Shown here: piece after piece, positions 43,101 to 57,559 of the stretch
Numbering within the stretch: the first letter of the stretch is position 1
Layout of the letters: every line of letters starts with the position of its first letter
Source of the DNA: the human T2T-CHM13v2.0 reference genome, Homo sapiens
Assembly: GCF_009914755.1 (NCBI RefSeq)
Contig: NC_060928.1
Strand: one strand, 5' to 3'
DNA length: 64,000 bases
Position numbers and translations under genes: made by a program
Notes under the pieces: model-generated
Databases searched by the model: none
Seen by the model: the letters and a program-made list of their open reading frames with translations, nothing else
Told to the model about the DNA's origin: nothing

Positions 43101-43684
43101 CTAGTTAACCCATCTTTCATGAGCTTGTTGCAGAAATGAGGCCTGGCCAACCATCTCTGCATGTGTTTGGTTGCCTGTACATGCTTGCTTTTGTGGTTGA
43201 AACTCAAGTGCTTCCTCCCACACAATGGAACAGAAAATACTTTCATTTCCTGAAAAGGTAAAGTATCGGCAAAATTTCATATTTATTTTATATATTTGTT
43301 TTCTTTTATTTAGGTTTACATTTACCTATTTGATAGATTCTTCTATTTCTATCTTAGCAGAATCAGAAGTTTACATTTATTTAACCAGTTTCTCAAATTT
43401 GCCGAGTATCATTTACATATTTTTAAAAACTATTCATCTACACAAGTTCTCTGGGTTTTGCCTAAATTCTCTAAATATTTTCTGAAAATAGGCAAAACAA
43501 GGTAACCAAAATCTATCTTTTGTGATTTGTAGTCTCAGTCTAACATATACTTCAATTTGGCCAAAGTATGTTTTTGTTTTCCTACTACATACGGAGCAAG
43601 GCAACATTTTAACATTTATTTATGTTAAGCCTCAATATAAAAAGGATTTGAGTAGTTTACAAATGACAATGTAATTATATAATA

Positions 43685-43910
43685 GTAATACACACCTACA
43701 TTATGTGCCAGGGAGTGTTCAAAGATTTCTGCATGTATTATTTCATTTAATTTTCCTATGACCTTATGAGGTCTCTCTATTGTTACCCTCCTCTATTACA
43801 GGAGAGAAAGCTGAGAGAGGCTAACTAACTTGCCCAAGATAAAAAATTGAACAGCAACTAGGATGAGATTTGAACCCTAGTGGTCTAATTCTAGATCCAT
43901 GCTCTTGCCA
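43685..43910 (-). mobile_element. MIR SINE
   Basis: tatgtgccaggg...ttacaggagagaaagctgagagaggctaactaacttgcccaag...gatttgaaccc. Confidence 0.8.
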
Positions 43911-44554
43911 TTAATGACAGAGAAAGAAAAGATAGCCAGGGTTAAAGTCAGCATAAGAAATGTGCATTGAAAATGTTGTCTAACAGCAAAAAGTAAATCA
44001 GACATTTGGCTCTGATTTTCTGGAAATCGAAGAAAGAAAACGACATTATCAGGAACAAAATACACAGTGCCCATAAAATAAAAGACATATCAACAACTCA
44101 GAAGACACTTGGCTTCTCCTAGCTCTAAAATCTGGTGGACATTATGAGAAAAAAAAAGAGTATTCTAAAAATAATAATAAATAAACAAAAAATGGAGCAC
44201 CTACTCAAATTGCCCTAGAAGAAAACTCAGGGAATAACACCAGAACCTAGCTCAGAGGAGGCACATTTTTTAATGCTCCCAAGCAATGTTATCCAAGTAG
44301 GTATGCCTGATGATGTGGCTTGATCCCAGAGTAAAATTTAGATTATCTCAAGGAATGTATAGACTACATCTTCTATGGCAATCTTCCCACATATAACAAT
44401 ATGGAATCTCAGAAGTTACTGAACATCTCATGAGTTAGGAAGCAAATACTAATGTTACATTCACTGGTAGGAGAGATGGACCTATTTTATCCTGCTGACT
44501 TGGAACATAGCTATCTAGTCAATTGTTCAGCAAAGCAGAAGGTAGGAAGGACAC

Positions 44555-44715
44555 AAATCACTTAACTACTCTAAGTTTCAGTCTCCTCAGCTGTAAAATA
44601 GAGAATAATAGTACCTCCTTCATCATGTTACCGTGAGGATTAGATAAAAATCATGTACAAAAAGCTCTTAGAATGGTGTCTGGTACTATACGCTGATTAA
44701 AATGTTAATTGTTAC
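44555..44715 (+). mobile_element. MIR SINE
   Basis: tcacttaactactctaagtttcagtctcctcagctgtaaaatagagaataatagtacc. Confidence 0.8.
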
Positions 44716-45024
44716 CAATAGTAGGACTACTCCTAAACCCATATTTAGAAACTCTAAGGTGGCCCTTCAAAACTTTATAAAACCTAGCAAATTGGAACCG
44801 AATATTATGGCTTAAGGAATTAAAAGTAAAATCTTCATTTTGTCCCAGGAATTAATTACTACTCAAGATCCAGCTCTGGAAAATTATATGTAGATTTTGT
44901 GATCTTTGTTACTTTTTCAAAATGTTTTAAATTAGGTTTAAATTTTTGTGAAAAAAGTAATGATTTTTTTTCTTTAATTTAGTTGTCTAGACAAAATTAA
45001 ACTCTTGAACCTTTTACTCAAGTG

Positions 45025-45153
45025 AAGATGTATTTCTGTCCAAACTGGGACATTGTTGAGAGTGAAGTGGGGCTGAAATAATTAAGTGCCATTAATTGAT
45101 CTACAGCAGGTGTAAACTGGGGTATTCCAGCAAATGAAGGATATGTTCACTTT
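45025..45153. mobile_element. Short hAT-Blackjack MITE (MER81/MER94-like)
   Basis: tgtccaaactgggacattgttgagagtgaa...gtaaactggggtattccagcaaatgaaggatatgttcac. Confidence 0.5.
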
Positions 45154-46169
45154 GCTTATGCTTTATTCTATACATGTCAATAATAAAGAATAAATGGTTT
45201 TGCATTATCCTTAAAAGACATTTGCAAAGGCCAATTAAACCAGCATTTTTAATAAAATCATAATCATATTTTATGTCAATGTATTAATCTCCAAAACAAA
45301 TCAAGTATTACCACTTAGATGCAGATTCAAATATATCCCAACACTTTGTGCAAAAGATAAGACTTTATAATAAATTCCAATAGATTATAGTGCTCATTAG
45401 TTTGATGTCATAACTGGTCATTTAATATTATTCATATTTATTTTAACATCTATTTTTTTCTTATTTGTAGCATTTATGGACAGATAAATGCCCAATATAG
45501 CCCTTCAGAGATTGTGTAAACATGTATAATAGAATCAGACATGTCTCATTCCTTCTTTTTTTTTTCTTTGAACATGCTAATTCAAGGAAAAAGAAATGTT
45601 TCCAGATTATTTAAATCAAATTTTTCTCTATAACAGGCTTTTTGTGTTTGCATTGCCATCCCTCTGGTTTATTCTTTCTACAGTCTTCAAAATCTCATTA
45701 TCACTTAAATAGACAAATCATAACGAAAATTAAATATTTATCTAACTTTTCAGATTAGTGATATTTGAAAAAATTTAAAAATAAATATAGAGTAATAGGA
45801 CAATGAGAAAAATTGAAAAATAATATATGTAACCAGTAAGTCATACCAAAATATTTCCTGTGCATAATTTTAAAATATAATTTATATTCAAATGTTTAAA
45901 AAGTATCTTTTGCAGAATATTAATAACAATAGTAATAGAATAAATAAACTATGTCCCAATTGAATGAGATTTTACTTTGTGTCAATAGAAATTAATTGAT
46001 AAGGGATTTACAGAAAAAAAAGAAACTGATATTTCAAGGGGAAAAAATATAGCAAAAAAAATGAGCTATCATGTAGTTATTCTTGCAAACCATGGATGCC
46101 ATTCCCAACTTCACTTCTAATCTTTGAACTACAAGTATAATTCCATGCTCAACACTTGCGATGTCGGTC

Positions 46170-46285
46170 TTTTCTGTGAGAACCTGAGCTCTGTGAGAGC
46201 AGGAACTGTTTGTTCACCACAATATCCTCAGGACATTACAGGGCCTGACATTTATTAGGCACTCAATAAACATTTGATTGATGAA
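46170..46285 (+). mobile_element. L2 3' terminus
   Basis: gagctctgtgagagcaggaactg...taggcactcaataaacatttgattgatgaat. Confidence 0.75.
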
Positions 46286-47622
46286 TATAAAGCCCAACAT
46301 TTAGGTTCCACACTTCAGTATCTAAAGTCTAGGATCATCATAGAGTTCATTCTACTAACAAGAGTGCTCACTTTAATACTAATTATAACCCACTATTTAT
46401 TGCAAATTGTTTTTCCCTGCAGAAGAATGTCTAAGTCAATCTTCATTGTGTATCTTTGCATTTCATGGTTTGCTTGCATGAGTCTTCCTCCTATATTACC
46501 TTAAATCATACCAAAATAAAATTCCTATTTTTCATATTTTTGACAGTTTTTCTTTTTTTAATTTTCAAATTCCCTATTCCAAGAAGCAAGATTTTTAATA
46601 TTTTTAAGAGGGAGAAAATAATATAATGTTCAAAGACATCACAGCTATCTGAGTATATGTATAACTAAAAATAATTTTTTTTTCTCAAAATATCAAGTAA
46701 TTGTTGTTCTATACAGTCTAATGTTTTAGTACTGGAAATACCCAGAGAGACTCTTAATCCACTGGGTTAGTGAGAGATCTATGAATAGCTCTTATTCATC
46801 AGTCTCAAACAGGATAATTGACTGCAGAGCCCAAGACAATAAAAGTTTGTAAGAGGATGTGGCAAGGTGGTAAAGGAAGTAACTTAAGATATTCACAGAC
46901 CTTGTGAATAGCAGATTTTTGAGAGGAAAAAAAACACCCTTGTAGGTTCCTTGGATAATCTCTTAAACATACAAATAAGTGACTAAGAGAAAATCAATTT
47001 AGCAATGGATGAGGCATTTTTCTGTGGCATTTTGGGGTCATGTTAAAACTGGTGAGAATTAAACCTAAGTCTCAAGGGTCTCATCTACAAAGATAGGAAT
47101 AAATGAAGAAGAGACCAAGTGACTGAGAAGACTAGTGGGTTGGGATTTTAATCGCTGGCACCATGTAAGATTTCCTTTTGCTCTGTCATGCCATGAAGGG
47201 ATTAAATTACTTCTGTTTGTGAATTTCACAGGCTCCAGGTGGATTTTAATGGATTTCAGATGATTTTATTACAGTGCTGAGAAAATAATCCACATTACTG
47301 AAAGCATAAAACCAAATGGACAGTTTTTGCAACGTATTTCCATTCATTCATAAACTACTATGACAATACTACTCATTGTATCTCCCAAAATCTCACATAA
47401 AAATGATTACTCATGGCAAAATTATATTGACAAATTAATAATACAAGCTATTTACCTTTATAAAAAAATATATTACTTTTTAAATTTGATCAACTTCTAA
47501 ATGGAATATCAAAGAAATGTATCAATATACTACTGTGGAAGAAAATAACTGCATTTTAAGTTACCAAAAACCAAATTATGAATAAAAAGATTTTCAACTG
47601 ACATTGCTAGTTTCAGGGGAAA

Positions 47623-47698
47623 AAAAATTCAAGTTTCTACATATATAAATTTGAGCATATAAAAATTCAAGTTTCTACATACATAAATGTGAGTATAT
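47623..47698 (+). repeat. Two-copy 38-bp tandem duplication
   Basis: aaaaattcaagtttctacatatataaatttgagcatat twice, 3 mismatches. Confidence 0.9.
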
Positions 47699-50533
47699 AA
47701 AAATGGTGCTTACAAGAGTAATCGCCTCATTTGTGGGCTTGTTTTGAAGACAACTGTGTATATGCAGCCAGATTCTATAGACTTCTGATGGATTCATTAA
47801 TAATTATTGGATGCTAACATGTGCCATTTACTATGTTAATTTTTGCAGTAATATGAGACATGCTCTTGCACTTCATCTGCTGGAAGGGAAAGGCGAGAGT
47901 GATAAACAGGCAATGACAATACAGGACTATAGTGTTATAGAAGTTAGGCAAGAGTTAAATGCAGGGCACTGTGGGAGCGCATTGAAGAGTGCCTGGCCAA
48001 GAAGAGTTAGGGATACGGAGAGACTGGAAGTTCAACAAGGTTTCCTGGAAAGGCTTCCTGGTAGAAGAAAGAGAGGGGCTACTTACAGAGAAGTTCACAT
48101 TTCTTGCCCTTCAATCTTCAAATTAAATCAAATGGACTCAATTTGGACTAAAATGACAATGCCAGGTTGACACATTTAATGAAAGCACCATTATAACCAA
48201 GGTTATCAGTGTTTGCTGCATTTTCAAGTTTCTCAAGAAAAGTTAGTTACTCTTCCTTAAAAATGTGACTTAATACGAAGAAAACGATTAATCTGATGAA
48301 GTCACGATGGTAACAAAGAAGGAATAATTATTACAATTTTTAAATGGTCATTTAAAACTACCAGCTGTGAAAACATATTTTAAAATATTTATTGTATAAT
48401 CTGCAACCATTAGTTTTTCATTAAAAAAGGGGATCAAATTAATTACTGCTATACATGAGATATTTTTAATATTTTCTTCACGAAACTAATCACACATTCA
48501 TTGTTTTTTATTTTTTAAGTCATTCTAATATTCTCACCAATGTCATTACATACATACAATATATATTTTATATATATATATATACTTTAAAACATAAAAA
48601 TATAGCAAAGTGGTAGTTATCCACTACACCAAAATATGCCTTCTGAGATTTGCATGCATTTTAGTTTTTGTTTGAAACAGTAACGCTTTGGGATTTCAGT
48701 TTAGTAATTAAAAGGAACAAAGATGATATTTTCCAGTATTTATGCTGTGCTCTTTCAAAACTACAAGAAAAATGAGCAAGCAGCTTGCTCATAACCAGAA
48801 ATGTTGACAAGATTAATTCTTATCTCTGAAGCTTAATTAAGCATCTTAATTAAACCACCACATAACAATGAATTAAGAAATATATATGACAGGATAGGTT
48901 TTATGCACATTGGAGAGTATCTCAACAGTGGTTTAGAATGACTCCAAACTTTGTAACCTAAAATTTTAGAATTAAAAAACATTGCCTTTATTAGAAATAT
49001 AATTAAAATTAATTGAGTTATCTTAAGCAATGCTCACAGCATTGACTGAAACACAAAGAAGACAGAAAATATAGAAAACAACTATTTCTCATAAACAGAG
49101 TTCACATGGAATCCTAATAAAAAGATTAAGTCAATGTATTGTTAGCCATCCTAAAATATTAGATAAATATAAAAATTGATTTCTAAAATTGATCCTAGGA
49201 TTGTAAAGCATACATATACAAATATGAAAAAAACAGAGAAATAGAAAACACCAAAAAGATTTAGCAACTATATATTAAGAAAAAATGAGTAACAGCAAAT
49301 TCTTTTGAATAAATATAAGAGGGAGAAAGGGATAAGGGAAGGATATGGAAGCTTCTTCATTTTAAAAATCAAACTAGACAACAGATTGCCAAAGAAAATG
49401 TTTCTTTGGGATCACAAAACAACTCTAAAACATTGCTAAGGTATATCTGAAAGACATGTTTGTTTGTTTATGTATTATCTCATATCTAAAAGGAAAGTAA
49501 GAAAGGTAAATATGGTAGCTGTGGAAAGGGAGGTTTCAAGTACAATTAATGGAAGACATTCACCATGAACATTACGTTATCAACTATCATCACTATCACC
49601 AAAAATGACACCATGCAAGATTTAAAGAGGAAAACAAAATAAGAATGACTGCTGAGGATTCTTAAGTTAGGCTATTATTTTCAGAAATATGATCCAAAAA
49701 ATCAGAGATTTTGTGTTAACTTTTCCTTAATTCTTTCACATTTAAAAATATGATGCCTAAGTTTACATTTCAAGCAGATTATAAATCAAAGTTTTGGGGA
49801 AAAGGAAAGTTCTAAGACTGTAAACAAGCACCAATATCCAAATGCTGGTATCATACTCACTATCAAAACTTTGCAAAGAGCTCCATCTTCAGGTCTTTCA
49901 CAATATGCTGAGCTTAGTTATAAAGGTATCTATTCTTTTCCCTCATAGACTGTAGTATGTCTTATGTAATCAAGTTATTGCTCAAACATTTCTATTCCTG
50001 AGGATGCACCAATGGGAGAGCATTTGTTCCATGGTTATTCCCTGAGGCTAATTCTAAAGAAGGAGGGCTAAAGGCAAAAGACTTCTTCATTTTCTAGGTT
50101 TAGAAGCAACTACATTATTATATTTTTCTCATCTTCCAATATTTTCCTCATCTTCCAGTTTCTCAAATTTTTTATTAAAGTTCTTAAATACAACATTTAC
50201 AAGCTGTGACTAAAGCAAAATAGGGGGATTTGAGCAATTTTCTTCCTACTAAGTAATTATTCTTTCTCTACTTGTTTACCCGTGCTTATTAATGTCAGAG
50301 ATAGTGATCACATAAAAGAATCTGGAAGGAATTATACGGAACAAACTAATCTGATATATTTCAAAATCCTGACTTATTAATCTTAAGACTCTGCTGCAAG
50401 TTACTTGGCATCTTATCTCAAAGAATGACACGCGTCCCAGACAGACCTGCTTTCAGATATCACATGTCTAAAAATTACCATATTTATTCATTGAGGCAAG
50501 CAACTCCTGAAATAGAGGTATAAAAAGAAGAAG

Positions 50534-50861
<328 letters not shown>

Positions 50862-51229
50862 TCATACCAAACAGCAACATAGACAGATTTAGACAATCAA
50901 GCAAAAATATTTACACAGTTAAGCATGCAAATCTACTAATGACCATAAATTTTGACCATTAAAATTTCACATAAAGTTCTCTTAACATATTGTAATGGTT
51001 TGCATGGGGATATTTCCATATCATGATTACATGAGTAAAACACTCATTCAACAACAAGAAATATATCTGTCATGAAATATTAAGTAGTATCCTCATACAG
51101 ACAATTATGAAATTGCAGTATTGCAAGGCAGAGTAAGTATGTAAATTTCTACAAAGAAATGTGAAGACAATACCTGCACCAAGCCTCAGCTCCTCAGAAC
51201 AACTCTAGCAAAAGGTCAGAAAAAGAACC

Positions 51230-51560
51230 ACTGAATCTCAGGTTTGGAAAAACCATTAAAGATAATTTAATCCAACCGCACTTCTAAAGACAGATCGCTT
51301 CTAATGACCTAACAGGTTATCCACAAGTTGATAGCTCCCAACCACTCCCCTGAGCCTTTCCTTCTCCATCCTAACCAGTCACAGTTCGGTGATCCTTCTA
51401 TATCTAATGATTTGAAGTCCTTCATCTTCTTGCTCCTTTCCTCTGGAGGAAGTATTATTTGATACATTTTTGAAAGTGTGATGCCGAGGACTGAATACAA
51501 TCCTCTAGAAGTGACCTTCGCAGAGCTGGGAGGAGTGATCTAAAACCTTTGCACAGTAGA
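51230..51560 (-). mobile_element. CR1/L3 LINE 3' fragment
   Basis: Minus-strand translation LRRSLLEDCIQSSASHFQK...QRKGARR resembles the CR1 RT C-terminal LVRPHLEYCVQFWSPHFKK...QRRATR. Confidence 0.6.
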
Positions 51561-52149
51561 TGATATATTTTTATCAATATAAGTTAGTTTTAAATTCATT
51601 TTAATCAGAAAAGGGGGTAAAGGAAAAGGAGGACACGAAGGGATTATTGCTTGCTAATCAAATGAGGATGTCTTCTATTCTTACATTCCTTTCTCTGCCA
51701 TTGTTGTTTGCAAAAAGAAAACTGTAGCCATAAGTAGACTCTCTAGAAAACTGAATGTATCAAATCATAAATATGTTATTTATAAAGACAAATATATTTT
51801 TTCTTATGCTGAGCTATTACACTTTATGAGGAATTTTTATAAAATTTGGTGTGGTTTATTTAAAAACATAATAAAATGTTCTCATTTCTTTTGTCTAGAA
51901 AGAATTAGTGTTTGCTAAAGATTTACATGTAAAATATAACTTCTAAAATGGAAGGAGCTGACCTGATTTATAATTATATCAATACCATAAAACTAAACTA
52001 GAAGAAATAACTTAGAGTACCTCTGTTTATTGCTGAAAAAAAAGATTAAAACCAAACCAACCAAATCGTTTATTTGTTTCTTATCAGTGATAGCATAAAC
52101 TGAATCCAACGAGACTCATGTATTAAACCTATAAAGCCAACAAAATAGA

Positions 52150-52268
52150 TTGTACATACATATACACATTGTGCATACATATACACATATACATATATAG
52201 ATATGGATCATGTAAATATGGATGAAAGGAGATATATATCTACTATAATATATATATATACACACATA
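52150..52268 (+). repeat. (TA/CA)-rich low-complexity repeat
   Basis: Directly visible. Confidence 0.85.
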
Positions 52269-53008
52269 AATACTTCCCTGTAATATTTTAGAAACAGGCT
52301 CTAATGCAAACAAAACACAAAATATAAAAGTGAAAGTCTTAGCCACTATCTTCTTTCCCTATATACTTTACATTCTACAACTCCAGAGTATTTTCCTTTA
52401 CTGTGTTTAAATCACAGTTTGCTAATGTTAAAACAAATCTCTATATCTATATCTATATCTATAATCACTTCAAGATGTGGTTGAGGAACATTCTGCGTCT
52501 GCTGACATTGGAATCATTGAAGAAGCTGAAATTATTTCAGCCTAGTGTTAAGTGGCGGAAAGAACCACATAGCCCTCTCTTAATTGAGACATCAATCAAT
52601 TTCTGGGCCTCCACCTTCCAGTGCATGTGCAGTGCAGATACTATATGGGCAGTACTTCAGACTCAAGAAAAAGGGAGGAGGTGGGGAGTGACAGGAGCAC
52701 CCAAACAGCACACTACCTCCTGGAACAGAGCTCCCTAAATAACTAACTCTGCAATTTAAATGGGGGCTGTGCTGTGAATTCATATGAAATAAACTAAAAC
52801 AGAGAATAAGTAAACATTGTCTTTTATGTAGTCTGAAAACACTAAGTAAATGTATTTGTTTAAACTAGTAGACTCAAGTTGCTGTGATTTCTGCATTAGT
52901 CTTCTGAAATTCCTTCATCAGCAGCCAAAATCCTTTTCAAATGTATGGGACCCGCTTAAGCCAAAGCTGTAAGTCAAATTGCTATTTGACCAGATTCAAT
53001 ACTATGGT

Positions 53009-53878
53009 TGTGATGTTATAACAAGAAATATACATGATTCCTGGCCAGAGCTCCTAAAATACTTTTAATTCCTAAATGATAACAGTAATGAAATTGAAAG
53101 GGTCATCTTTTCTTACTCATAAGAAGACTTCTTTAAACCCACCTGAGTTTATGTTAATGAGGGGACTTATGTCTCTAAAGATGGGGGAGCCTGATGACCC
53201 GAGGAGTCAACCATGTGATTGGAGGGTTGGAACATTCAGCCCCAGCTCCCAACCTTGATGGAATGGAGAGTGACTAGAGATTGACTTAATCATCAATGCC
53301 TGATCATTTAATCAATCATGCCTATATGGTGAGGCCTTCATAAACACCCAAAGGGACAGATTTGAAGAGTCCAGATTCCCAAACACATGGTGATGCTGGG
53401 ACGGTGTTGTGCCTAGAGAGAGTATGGAAGCTCCAAGCGCCTTCTCCCATTTCTTGCCCTATGCATCTCTCCCATCTGACTGTTCTTGAGTTGAATTATT
53501 TATAATAAACTGGTAATCTAGTAAGTAAACTGCTTTCCTGGGCTCTGTGAACCATTCTAGCAAATGGTTGAACCCAAGAAGGGGGTCATGAGAACCTTCA
53601 ATTTATAGCTCTGCCATCAAAAGTACAGGTGACAATTTAGACTTCAACTGTCCTCTGAAGTGGGAGGCAGTCTTGTGGGACTGAGCCCTTAACCTAAAGC
53701 ACTTGATGGTATCTCCAGGTAGATAGTGTCAGAACTGAGTTAAGTCGAAGAACATCAAGTTGATGACTGCAGAGAATTGGAGAAATGCTTACTATGTGGG
53801 GAGGAAATCCGCACTTTTGATCACAGAAATGTTCTGTGTTGAATGTGAGTATATAAAGAAAAAGTGTTTTTCCCATTC
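53009..53878 (+). mobile_element. MER21-family solo LTR (MER21C-like)
   Basis: tgtgatgttataacaagaaatata start; cagagctcctaaa; aatcaatcatgccta; ccctatgcatctct; tataataaactggtaa; ccaggtagatagtgtcagaa. Confidence 0.8.
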
Positions 53879-54238
53879 AATAGCATTTAAATAAACTAAG
53901 ACATATAAAAAATTATAAGGCAATAAAAAGAGGAAGACAATAAGGCTTTTCAGTGGAAATAATTATATAAATTGTAATTTCACTAACCTAAAACATCCTT
54001 TCTCAATAAAAAACTTGAGGATTTTGTTTTATTAAATTTAATTTAGTCACTGAATATTTAAATTGAGGGAAGGAAATAATTTTTCATAATTGGTAATGAA
54101 ACCATAAATGATTTTTGTACACTTTATAGAGTAATTTTAAAGATTTAATCAGTTATACAATGTTCAGCTACTTGATTTGGCACTATTATTTATCCAGACC
54201 TGACCAGAGTAAAATAATGGAATTTGGTCCATGCATGT

Positions 54239-54642
54239 TGTCTTAGTCTGTTCCATGCACCTCTATCAGAATACCACAGACTGGGTAATTTATAGAGAAA
54301 AGAAATTTATTTCTTATATTTCCAGAGGCTGGGAAGTTCAAGGTCAAGTTGCCACATCTGGCAAGGGTCTTCTTGCTTCATCATCTTACGGTGAAAGGCA
54401 GAAGGGCAATGGAGTTTGTGTGTGAGAGAAAGAGAGGGAGAGAAAGGGGAGGGAGAAGAAGTGGGCCAAACTCAACCTTTTATCAGGAACCCCCTCCTGA
54501 GATAACTAACCCACTCTAATCCATTCACAAGGGAGAGCCCTTATGACCTAATCACCTCTTAAAGGCTCCACCTCTCAATACTGTTGCCTTGGGGATTAAG
54601 TTTCCAACACATGAACTTTGGGTACACATTCAAACCACAGCA
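54239..54642 (-). mobile_element. MaLR solo LTR (MSTC/MSTD-like)
   Basis: tgtcttagtctgtt...gacctaatcacctcttaaaggc...cattcaaaccacagca; near-identical TSD catgt/catat. Confidence 0.88.
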
Positions 54643-54950
54643 CATATCATAAATATTTCTTTATTCCTCTTGAGAAAAATTCACCTTTCTTATGAGTAAA
54701 ATTCCAAAGTAAAGAAGCAGGAAAAGAAAAACACAAAATAGAAAAGTCATAGTCTTTTTGTCTATAAAACCATGACTACATAGGAGTGCCTGAATACAAA
54801 TCTAAATATATTAAAAAGCTTATTATACTACTACTTATAAACAATATGCTCCCCTTTGGTATAAAACTCAGAATTATTGGTTATCTGAGAAGTAAATATT
54901 AAAAGAATATAATACTATTACAACATCATGACAAAAGCTATCACCCTTTT

Positions 54951-55008
54951 AAAAGTTTTTTTGTATTTTTAATTTTTGTGGAAACACAGTAGGTATATAT
55001 ATATATTT
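54951..55008 (-). mobile_element. 58-bp L1MA-type 3'-terminal insertion
   Basis: tttttaatttttgtggaaacacagtaggtatatata flanked by perfect 14-bp gctatcaccctttt at 54937-54950 and 55009-55022. Confidence 0.75.
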
Positions 55009-55969
55009 GCTATCACCCTTTTTGAGTGCTATTTTCTCAGCATTATACTATGTGCTTCACAAACATTAGTTAGTTTATCATCATGACAAATATTATGTAT
55101 ATGTATTTTGTTATATCTATTTTCCAGAAAATAAAGCCAAAGCTAAGTTGCGTGTGATCTGTCCAACAGCTATCTGTCTGACCCAAAGCTGATCTTCAGT
55201 CCTGCTTCTCTGCCTTTAAAACATCACTTTAAAAAAAACCATACACTATGCTTACACAATCATATTGACATATATTCTAAAAAATTGAATTTAATTTTTA
55301 TAGTCTATATTCTTCTTATGCTCATAATACACCTTATACTAGAAATATTTCTTACTTTTATTTTTATGGAATTTTTATTGATATCAACAATAACAAAATA
55401 GAATTTTAGACACACAAAATTTAATCAACATTAATAATGTTACTGTATTTTAATGACATACTGGATCATTATATTAAGAATTAGACAATTAAATTATATA
55501 ATGGAAGCCAAGTTTTCAGGATATTAAAGTGGTTGCTAAGAAATGAGCAAAAGGAAAAATAAAAGATGGAATTTCTACATCAGAAAAAAGAATGTTGAAA
55601 ACCGTCTATGAAATAAAAATATTCTAAATTGTCATTAATTATTGCAAAACAGTATATTTTACATATTAATCCTCAGAAAAAAAAATAATGAAAGATAGGG
55701 AAGAGTTTTCATAAATCAATACTTTAATTTTTCTTACTTTTCAAAGTGAAGTAGTAAGTACATAAATGTAAGTGTTTTTAAAATGGGGAAAAAATCTAGA
55801 GTTAGCATTATTGTACTCTGTTAAATAAAACAGTATTTCAAGAGCAGAGATATATTTAGCCATATAATTTCCTTTTCCTAATTATTGAAAAACATGAAGT
55901 TTTACCTTTTAAGATTAATTTAAATTAACTTTACTATTAAAGTTTTTATTTTTCCATTGCTTAAGAACA

Positions 55970-56950
55970 TTTAACCACAGCTTATAACTTTTGAATCTCT
56001 CTATACCTATATAAAATGATAATTCCTTTGAAATTAGAAATTTCTCTCTGAAAGTGCACCCAAAAAGTTTGGTTTGGTTTGCTTTGCTTATCTTTTGTTT
56101 GGTTTGATTTGGTAGCAGTCAGAATTGGCCTGTTCCCAAGGGAAAGAGTTAGGAAAATTCTGAGCCCCATATTTGGAAAGGTTGTTAGTCTTAAATGTTT
56201 CTAACCTGGCAAGAGTGGCTGCCCCATTTGCAGTTGCCACTAGGTGGAAGTCAAGCCACTCCCTCCACACAGCCTCTTGCCACAGTCTCAAGGCCATCCT
56301 TGCCCGCATTTTATCCAGAGCCCGCCTGTGAAAAGGAGGGTCCATGCCTCACTCATGACCATGTGTGGGCCCTGTGCCGTCTCAGCTGCCCACAGAGATG
56401 CTGACAGCTGCGTGGGGCCTCAGCCTGCCACCTCTCTAAATTTTGAACCTCAGCCAGGAATGTAAAAAAAGAAGAGTGAGCATCTTATAACCACAGCCAA
56501 GCTCGTGACGGCCTGATCACTCCAACGTGTCTAAATCATTCTGAAGACTTATCCACATAATCGGTATTGCAGATAAGTTTTCTTTTTTAATCTTTTCTGC
56601 CAATGTATTCAAACAGCTCAACAGCTCTTGCTGTTGCTCCTCCTTCTAATCACCCCTCCTCATACTTCAGATATCAGGATTTTTTTTCAAGAGCACTCAA
56701 ATTTATATTTCTATCAAAACAGAGAGAGACACAATGTCCATGAGCTAGGCCCTGTGGAGGCCACTTACTGCATTAATCAGAGGGAAGACAACCACAGCGA
56801 AATTTCTGTGAAGAACACCGACTTCAGCCAGCACACCCCGGCGTTATCATGAGAAAGGTGAAGCTTGGCAAACCAACCACAATCAGCATCTGCATCATGA
56901 CCCTGATAATCAAGGCAGAGTCTGCTCAATCCAGATGAGCAGCTCAAGGC
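55970..56950. promoter_or_regulatory. Candidate enhancer/insulator
   Basis: Repeat-free, locally GC/CpG enriched; CTCF-like ttgccactaggtggaag at 56234-56250; four AACCACA (RUNX) motifs; GATA and CAGCTG motifs. Confidence 0.45.
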
Positions 56951-57559
56951 ACAATAGCTCAAACTATTCTTTAATTCAGGTTTCAGAAAGAAAATAAAGG
57001 GAATTATTGAGTAATCACTCAAACTATGATATTGAATGAGATCTATGAATATATACAATTACATACATAATTTGAGTGTAATAATATGTATATACTAAAA
57101 CTATAATACAGGTACAGTAAGGCTCAAATATAAATTTCAAATTAGCTCCTCCATAAAAATGGGTAAAAATTCTCAGCAAAAATGTGGCCTCTACTCTGGT
57201 GCATTCAGGTTCCCTTGTCTCTTTGCACTGCCCATGTTTTTTTTTTTTAAAAAAAAACAAAAAACCTCTTCTCTGTACTTCGGTTCTTTTCATACCATGT
57301 GAGAACACCAAAAAGCTGGTTTTTAATATGAGGACCATAAACCAGTTCTCTACTTACAAAGTTGATCAGTGTTCATTTCTAGTGCAATTATTTTTGGTAG
57401 ATACCTTCTGGGGCTTGTTCACTCCAATATATTCTTTTTTTAAAATGCCAGCCACTGTTTACTCTCCAGTAACATGGCTCCATGACTCCAGACCTGGCAG
57501 TCTGAGAGCTCTTCTCTGAGCATACTATAAGTCGCTTCTTTTATTCAGCACCCAGGACA

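Noticed and set aside
47811-48170. 119-aa plus-strand ORF
   Set aside because: Largely overlaps an L2-like remnant; no protein motif
49861-49907. Possible minus-strand exon ending at a GTGAGT donor
   Set aside because: No pyrimidine tract at the acceptor and peptide not recognised
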